DNA of 62,721 nt, the filler included, from Collodictyon triciliatum (taxonomy: Eukaryota): NCBI GenBank assembly GCA_043381765.1. It is 7 parts of 7 records of this genome, joined end to end, with 100 filler letters (N's around TTAATTAATTAA, not from the genome) between each part and the next. Parts side by side here need not be neighbours in the genome. Positions count along the whole stretch, not along the records: positions 54,938 to 59,129 come from JBHJMP010002590.1; positions 59,230 to 62,721 come from JBHJMP010002597.1; 5 more parts are not named here. One strand, written 5' to 3'. Positions 55,040-62,721 of the stretch are shown here, piece after piece. The notes under the pieces were generated by a model. That model did not search any database. It had not been told where the DNA came from and worked only from the letters and a program-made list of their open reading frames with translations. Numbering within the stretch: position 1 is the first letter of the stretch; the number at the start of each line of letters is the position of its first letter. A program made the position numbers and the translations under genes.

Positions 55040-58000
55040 AGAACAAGGACACGCCGTGCGGTTTGGTTTCGGAAGGAGTTCTTGGGTGGGTTGGATCACT
55101 TCTATTTTGTGTATGGTTGGTGTAATTCCAAACAGGTGACATTGCGCCCATGGTTAACGACCCGCGTCGAAAAAGGCAAAGGCCAATGCGAATTGTTTAG
55201 GTGTTATCGCATCGTCATTATAATCTTTATTCAGCCAATTACGATAGAATCGAATGAACTATACGGCGTTACGTGGACTTGTTCTTCTATTACTTTCCCT
55301 CCCTTTATTCGGTTCAAAGTGCAGCGAGGTTATGCCATACAAGGGGCGAGATAGGTGTGCATGGTAGAGAGCAAACACGAGTAGGGGAAGACACTACTGT
55401 GGAGAGGCTAGCACTGGAAAGAAATCAGTGATAACGAGTTGGTCAGGTGGGTGTCCCAACTGGTTGATTAGCTGCGTGGGTAGCAGGGGTTGAACATGTT
55501 GTGGAAAGTATCTCGCGACACATACCCACTTTGCTCTTGTATGTTAATTTTTTAACTTCTGTCATCATAAAGTGTCTTTATTTTGAAGATGCTGAAATTG
55601 AAATTAAAAAACCTTTCTATCAGAACGATTCATGCAGATGCAACCCATACTTGAGGATGGATATAATTTAAAAATGTATCAGTCGGTAAGACATAACAAT
55701 TTATTATTATTTCCAAAGTATATTATCGAATGTTTGTATGAAAAAAATGCAAAAAAATATGGAAAGAAACGAAGAAAAAAAAGGGATTATGATTTGTATT
55801 TTTTTCTTGTAATACTGAATTGATTGTGAAATCAAAATCGTGGTGATTAAAAAAATCTGTAATCCATTTTTATCTACTACCCTGTACTTTCATCAATTTT
55901 CCCTTCCATATCAATATTTCTTCGACGCTTATGGAAGTGATGGAATCAAGATGTTACGTCCTTCAAATTCAAATTTTGAATTTTCAAAAATCGAGAAGGG
56001 GCATGTTTCTGTTACGAAGGATGTTGCAGCCCAAGATTCAAGCATATATGAGGTTCTGTCGTCTTCGGTTGGCGGTTGAGAGACTCGTGCGTGTCTGTTA
56101 ATGGATTTGATGATTATCACAATCACTCCAACCCTGCCGAGACGACCGACGAATGAACTACAACACAATACACAAGCAACCTGCGGACGGGGCACAAACC
56201 CTCTGTAAGCATTTAATTAATCATGTTTATCATCTGTATCTACTGACCCAAATTCTTGCGCTTCATAAATCCCCCAACAAAACCAACTGGTCGAATAGAA
56301 CATCCTCTCATCTTCGACTCATTCATGCAGGCTATCCTTGCCGGGTTAAGAAGGGTAGGCAGGCGTTGAGCGCGGCGTTGTGGAGTTCATTGGATGGCTC
56401 CGGCGCTCCACGCAGCGCGTATCTTTCTTATCATGGGATGGCTGAGGTTTGTAGCACTCCACAGTTGGAACCCGTCCTCGCTGAGAACTGAACCACCAAA
56501 GGGAGTCACTACGCAAACTGGTGGGGTATTTTCCAACGGTTATACGCGGTGCCGTATCCCGACTCGGTGGGGAGCCGCCCCGTGGCTTCAGCAAGGCTCC
56601 TGACAGTAGTGTCTGCTGCGGGAAACAACGCACCCATCAGGTACGTCCCATATGCAAACTATACCCTCAAACTTCCTGTCTTTTTTGTTCTGCTCTCTTT
56701 CTGCACGTGATTCAAAGAATACAACAAAAAACAACGAAATTAACGCTTCAAACAATAGTTTTCACCAATCCAATTAATATATGCATTACTTTAATAATTT
56801 TGGCAATTACTACTATATTCCACATTAAATTTACAAATATGTCATGTCAAATCTGAGATCTTTAATCACATCGAATCTATGCATCGAATCCAATCTGACC
56901 CGATTTTTTTCCCATCCCCATCCAGGCACTACTGCTAGGCAACCCTTGCTGGGCCCACGGGTAAACTGCTCCTCATTGGGGCAACGCCTTTGTACATAAA
57001 GAGTCGGGATAAAGCTGTATGTAAACCTCGGTAACGCTAAGCCTGTGCGATCAGGGTTATCCGTTTATTCAAGTTTCGTACCCTTTTTTTTCGTTCTTTT
57101 CAAGGCTGGTGGCTTCGGCAGCCGCTCGCCTCGCATGCGCGATCCTTTTTTTTGCAGCAGCCGGCCAGTCGCCAACCAGTCTCGAGACTCGAGTCTTGAG
57201 TCTAGTCGATCAGCAAATGTCGTCTGCAATACTCAGTTACTCGCACAAGCAACGCAACGCGGACTCACTAGCACACCCGCACCCACGAGCACGCACACTC
57301 CTGCACACATGAGACCCGAAGACCGCAAAGGCACTCCACTATGCTGGAATACGACGAGGTTCGCTCCATACAGACAAGAACCGCAAAGACACTCCACCAT
57401 GCCGGAATACAACCAAGTCTGCTTCATGCGCACAAGGAAGAATACGAACTCGCTGCGGCAAAGATGAAAGGTTCACTCACTCACTATACAAGCCTCGTAA
57501 CACCCTCGCAGAATGAAAAACATAAGAAAGATAGAAATAAACATGGATATTAATGGCATGAAGAAGCAAATTAGCATCCAAGAAGGGAAAGAGGTATCAG
57601 ACTCCGTACAATTATCACCATACATTTTTCAATCTGTGGAATTTATAGCATATACTAATTTTGTGGTGCATGTCGAATACTGTGCCGCAAATTTTACGAA
57701 TTTTTGCAGCAGGAATACGCGTCGTACATCATTGGAAGATATCGCACCTGGAGCATTCGAGAGTGATCTCCCTTCCCAAACTTTGATCGAAAATCCGCCG
57801 ACTTCAGTAATCATAAGCTCAGTCCGCCCACTATATATTGAGATGGCCACATCTTCATTCGTAAGGAAGATTCGCCGGCCTTTGTGGGATATTTAACCTT
57901 CGTCCCGTCGAAATCGCTGCTGCCCTGCGCTCTTTCTTTCTCGCCGCCTTATCACATCACTCATTGGCAACGCGTGTTCTATTCTCTGTGTGCACAACCG

Positions 58001-58152
58001 CACCGTTCTCCCTCGAGCAACGCCAGTCTGTGTGACTTGTCAAGTGCAGTCGCAAAACAAATAAACACCGCTGTGCACTAACACAACCCAGTCCACCCGC
58101 CCACACAGCCCCCAGAACCCGTCCAAACCGCCCCCGCCCCACTTCTGTCGGC

Positions 58153-58994
58153 ATGGCCGACGAGGCCGCGCTTTTAGAAGAGGTTCGAGAGATCGCCGGG
58201 AAAGACGACATCGCCTATTTAAAAAGCTCCGAGAGTCTGCCGCTCGATAACAAGAATCTGACATCTGTCCCGCTTGGAGTCTTCTTGTTGACTGATCTGA
58301 AAAGATTGGGCCTTCATGGCAATCAGTTGTCGTCGCTGCCTGCACAAATATCGTGTTTGATTGGTCTGACATTGCTTAATGTTCAAAACAATCAGTTGTC
58401 ATCGCTTCCTCCACAAATATCGTGTTTGACTGGTCTTACATTTCTTAATGTTCAAAACAATCAGTTGTCATCGCTGCCTGCACAAATATCGTGTTTGGCT
58501 GGTCTTATTGGGCTTGATGTTCAAAACAATAAGCTGTCATCGTTGCCTGCACAAATATCGTGTTTGACTGGTCTTACATTTCTTAATGTTCAAAACAATC
58601 AGTTGTCATCGCTGCCTGCACAAATATCGTGTTTGACTGGTCTCACTGTTTCTTGGGTTGGTGACAATCAGTTGTCATCGCTGCCTGCACAAATATCGTG
58701 TTTGACTGGTCTTAAGTGGCTTGATGTTAAAAACAACCCGGTATGATTTTATTCATTTATTATTACTATTTTATTTATGTTGAAAAGGAAAGTGGCTGAC
58801 AACGATACGTGCAGATGGAGGAGCTTCCACCACAATTCACAGCGCTCACAAATCTGGATATGCTCTTCATCGAAGACGAAGACAGTGGAATTTACATAAA
58901 GAGAGCTCCGCGTGGCATCACAGCCCTTCCAGTGTGGAACAACACATCAAACTTAGACTACGAACACATCCGTGCGCTGCAGCTGTACGACCCC
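58153..58994 (+). CDS. Tandem-LRR protein (exons 58153-58740 and 58815-58994; 3' partial)
   Basis: 23-aa LRRs NQLSSLPAQISCLTGLxxLxVxN. Intron GTATGA...GTGCAG is in phase 0. The donor GTAAGC at 58995 leads into the contig end. Confidence 0.85.
58321..58734 (+). repeat. Six near-identical 69-bp coding tandem repeats
   Basis: Units start at 58321, 58390, 58459, 58528, 58597 and 58666. Confidence 0.95.
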
Positions 58995-60060
58995 GTAAGC
59001 ACACATATAAAGATGAATAAATAACAGAAAAGTATCCCAAAACACAAAAAAAAAAAAAAAAAAAAAAAAAAAACAGAGGCGCACAGCAAAAAGGCCACGG
59101 GTGCCCCACGCCATGCCCCACCCTCCCACNNNNNNNNNNNNNNNNNNNNNNNNNNNNNNNNNNNNNNNNNNNNTTAATTAATTAANNNNNNNNNNNNNNN
59201 NNNNNNNNNNNNNNNNNNNNNNNNNNNNNTGGTTTTTTTGGTTGTTTTTTTGGTTTTTTTTTGGTTTTTTTGGTTTTTTTGTTTTTTTGTTTTTTTTGGT
59301 TTTTTTGGTTTTTTTGGTTTTTTTGGTTTTTTTTGGTNNNNNNNNNNNNNNNNNNNNNNNNNNNNNNNNNNNNNNNNNNNNNNNNNNNNNNNNNNNNNNN
59401 NNNNNNNNNNNNNNNNNNNNNNNNNNNNNNNNNNNNNNNNNNNNNNNNNNNNNNNNNNNNNNNNNNNNNNNNNNNNNNNNNNNNNNNNNNNNNNNNNNNN
59501 NNNNNNNNNNNNNNNNNNNNNNNNNNNNNNNNNNNNNNNNNNNNNNNNNNNNNNNNNNNNNNNNNNNNNNNNNNNNNNNNNNNNNNNNNNNNNNNNNNNN
59601 NNNNNNNNNNNNNNNNNNNNNNNNNNNNNNNNNNNNNNNNNNNNNNNNNNNNNNNNNNNNNNNNNNNNNNNNNNNNNNNNNNNNNNNNNNNNNNNNNNNN
59701 NNNNNNNNNNNNNNNNNNNNNNNNNNNNNNNNNNNNNNNNNNNNNNNNNNNNNNNNNNNNNNNNNNNNNNNNNNNNNNNNNNNNNNNNNNNNNNNNNNNN
59801 NNNNNNNNNNNNNNNNNNNNNNNNNNNNNNNNNNNNNNNNNNNNNNNNNNNNNNNNNNNNNNNNNNNNNNNNNNNNNNNNNNNNNNNNNNNNNNNNNNNN
59901 NNNNNNNNNNNNNNNNNNNNNNNNNNNNNNNNNNNNNNNNNNNNNNNNNNNNNNNNNNNNNNNNNNNNNNNNNNNNNNNNNNNNNNNNNNNNNNNNNNNN
60001 NNNNNNNNNNNNNNNNNNNNNNNNNNNNNNNNNNNNNNGACACCAGAGTCATTATTAATC

Positions 60061-62617
60061 TCATGATGTGGCCATCTTCATTAATTCCATGGCCGTATGG
60101 GCGCAGTCCATTCCTTTCTCCTTTGATGCATCGAGTAGTGTCCTGATTCCTCTTTTGTCCAACTGTGATGCAAATCCATCAAAGTCTTTAAGGCTCCATA
60201 ATAAAAGGATAGTAGGATTAATTACATCTTTAACTGGGACTCTAGATGCGACAATAATAATGTTTTTGAGAGTATTGAGATCAACCAAGCCGGCAAGGAC
60301 TTCTTGTGATGGGTCATCTCTTTGTGAGGAACTCAAATTAGGTGTTGACTCTATTCTGCTCTTCAGAACACCCGCCAGTTCCAGTACAAAATAGATGAAC
60401 TCCGATATTTTTCTTTGGACACGTATGTCATGTATATTCGATAGAGTACCACATGGGCTCGATGGTGACCAATCATGGTCTGTATCACGCAAAAGACTGT
60501 AAGAAATCCCAGAAAGCCTGTAGATGAGAGATTCGCGTGTGCCTATAGAGTAAATAACAAAAGTCTTCGACCCAAGAAACAACCTCATTATTGCCCATGC
60601 TGTGTGGGATAACGCCGAGTTAACACAGCCCAAGTAAACTTCTACAGACTTTACGGTTTGGTGATGTTTTTCCATTACTGTCTCTGCATCAGAAAATTCC
60701 ACAGCACAGTATATACCTTTCAGCGCAAGATGCACGGTTGTCGAGTCCGAGCCAAATCGGACTATATTTTCTAAGGCATGCAATAACCGAGGATGTGATA
60801 GAACGAGTCCTTTTATTGCCCCTAAAAGTCGAACCAGAATAGAGAGTGAATAGTAGCTTAATATTGGTGTGGTGGTAAAGTGCAAGTTTTTTTCAGTGAA
60901 AACAAATTGCGCCCCATATTCAATGATATCAAGTAAAGTCTCAATGAAACTTATATTGTGGCATAATGATTGTGAAAACATATCAACATCAAGTTTTGAA
61001 AGCACGCCTCCCTCGAAAAGAATCTCAATTGTTCTGTTGATTAATCCCAGGGATATAACCGCCATAGGGGTTTTTTTTGCATAAAAAGTCAGTTCATTGA
61101 AAACCTCTTCTAATTGCAAAAGATTTCGAATTGATTCGATGTAACCATGATGCCTTTGGTCGTCGATTATTGCGAGGAGATTGCTTTCTTGTAATAAATT
61201 GTTGGTGTTGTTGGTGGCTACTTTGAGGTTTTCTTTATCGATTAAATCCCAGCTTTCTGTTTCTTGCTCTGAGAAGGTCGTTTTTATCAGTCCATATATA
61301 ATTCCACGATTATCAAAACTATTGACTAATGTTCGCAATATCATGGACTCTACATGTATCCCATAGTCTAAAGCGTGTATAAAGGCACCGGCCGAGTATA
61401 TAATCGACGCCAGGCCATTCCCCTCAGCAAGATGTGCCTTTCCTAGATTTGCCATTGATTCAGCATGAAAGGGTTGAATAACTAGCACATTTTGGAAGAA
61501 CTCAATAGCCGTTTTTCTTTCACCAAGCGTATTCTCACATAAACCAACCAGGCAAAGTGCATCTACAAAAATACCAGATTGCTTTGTGGATACTCGAAAA
61601 CACTCCGCCGAAGTATGGAGCAGAATTTTTCGAGCTTCTGGATGAAGCACTGCCATTTCGGGGTCAGAGTCAAGGCAGGGGTCGGTATCAGAGTCAGGCA
61701 ATGCAAAACATATTGTGGACGTGCCTCTGTCGTATATTTCATGTGGAATCAAACTTGGGAGAGCCTGAAATCCTTTGATGTCGTTCATCGATAACATTTT
61801 ATTTCCTACTTTACAACCGTCACTAAGGATAATTCCCAGGTCGTCGATTAAATCTTTCAATAGCAATTCTTTGTTTATGAAAGACATTAAATCATTTTGG
61901 TCGATGAACTTCTTTTCTGGATTTATCTCAAATTTTTTTGCTACTGAATTCATCCACAACTCTGGTGCGTTACTATCATATATATGCTTGTTGAGAAAGG
62001 TGATTATATTCTTGGATAAAGTAATAAAAGCTGCAGGAGATGCCTTTCTGAGCGCCTCCCTAGCATTTTGCTTCAACGCCCTACGCACCATTTGGTAGAC
62101 AATTTCTCCTAAATACTTTCCTCTATTCGTTTCATCTGTATTGGCAATTACATCTTGGGTAAGAATACCCAGAAACCTCAAATTAATACCCCGAAAGTGC
62201 ATTAATTGGCATATTGAGATGTTGGTTGTGTTTTTGAGTAGTAGTACAAGATAGGGTATTTCAATCTGAATCAGATGCTGCATGGCAATTATTGATAGGG
62301 AATCGTGGCTGGCAGATTCTACTTCTTTGCCTCTCAATCGTTTGCTCGATGGAAGTGAGATTGGATATCTTTTAGTAAACTCTGGTCTGAATTGGAGGCT
62401 GAAATTATGCTCCTTATGTAGATTTTGCCGGTCGCCAATCTGGTATATAGTCATTAGTTACATAGAAGGTTTGCAATCCCCGAGGGGAGGGTGTCTGAAC
62501 ACGCTTTTAACACAAAGCATCAAATAAGAAAAGGAATGAATACTAACATTCAGAATCTGAGGTTGTCTTGGCATTAAAGAGTAAAGGCCAACGGTGTAGT
62601 ACTTTCCATCACGACAT
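60061..62617 (-). CDS. Clu-domain protein with TPR and ARM/HEAT-like helical C-terminus (5' partial; exons 62617-62548 and 62439-60061)
   Basis: RDGKYYTVGLYSLMP, LQFRPEF, QLMHFRGINLRFLG and QMVRRALKQ are Clu-type motifs. TPR-like ALCLVGLC...AIEFFQNVLVIQPFHAESMANLG. Confidence 0.75.
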
Positions 62618-62620
62618 CTG

Positions 62621-62721
62621 GTTTGTTTGTTTGTTTGTTTGTTTGTTTGTTTGTTTGTTTGTTTGTTTGTTTGTTTGTTTGTTTGTTTGTTTGTTTGTTT
62701 GTTTGTTTGTTTGTTTGTTTG
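62621..62721. repeat. (GTTT)n microsatellite
   Basis: Direct inspection. Confidence 0.95.

Noticed and set aside
55399-55432. U6atac-like string GGAGAGGCTAGCACT plus hairpin
   Set aside because: Lacks the AAGGAGAGAAGG core and the U6atac internal stem-loop sequence.
58321-58734. CRISPR-like array
   Set aside because: The repeats are in-frame coding LRR units without unique spacers, in a eukaryotic context with no cas genes.

Overview
Eukaryotic (protist-like) nuclear DNA with many introns and simple repeats. The window is an artificial concatenation of unrelated contigs of about 11 kb joined by N-TTAATTAATTAA-N linkers, so gene order across linkers is meaningless. Manual splicing recovers: an STK11IP/nischarin-like LRR gene, an HMG-box gene, an AADAT-type aminotransferase, a decayed B-box/coiled-coil/NHL (TRIM-like) pseudogene, mitochondrial HslU, Mediator MED23 (minus strand, not evident from the ORF track), most of IFT172 (a ciliated/flagellated organism), an IQ-motif gene, GNA1, a stand-alone UBASH3-type 2H phosphoesterase, tRNA-Phe(GAA), RPS8, a tandem-LRR gene and a Clu-domain/TPR gene. 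The most striking hidden signal is three U12-type (minor spliceosome) introns among roughly 110 introns. Two are AT-AC, one is a probable GT-AC hybrid, and two have a divergent RTATCCAA donor. The second is ultra-short (23-45 nt) poly(A)-tailed retroposon insertions with perfect 17-18 bp target-site duplications inside introns, one matching the 3' end of a LINE fragment elsewhere in the window. All gene models and homology calls were made by eye from recalled family motifs, with no database searches.
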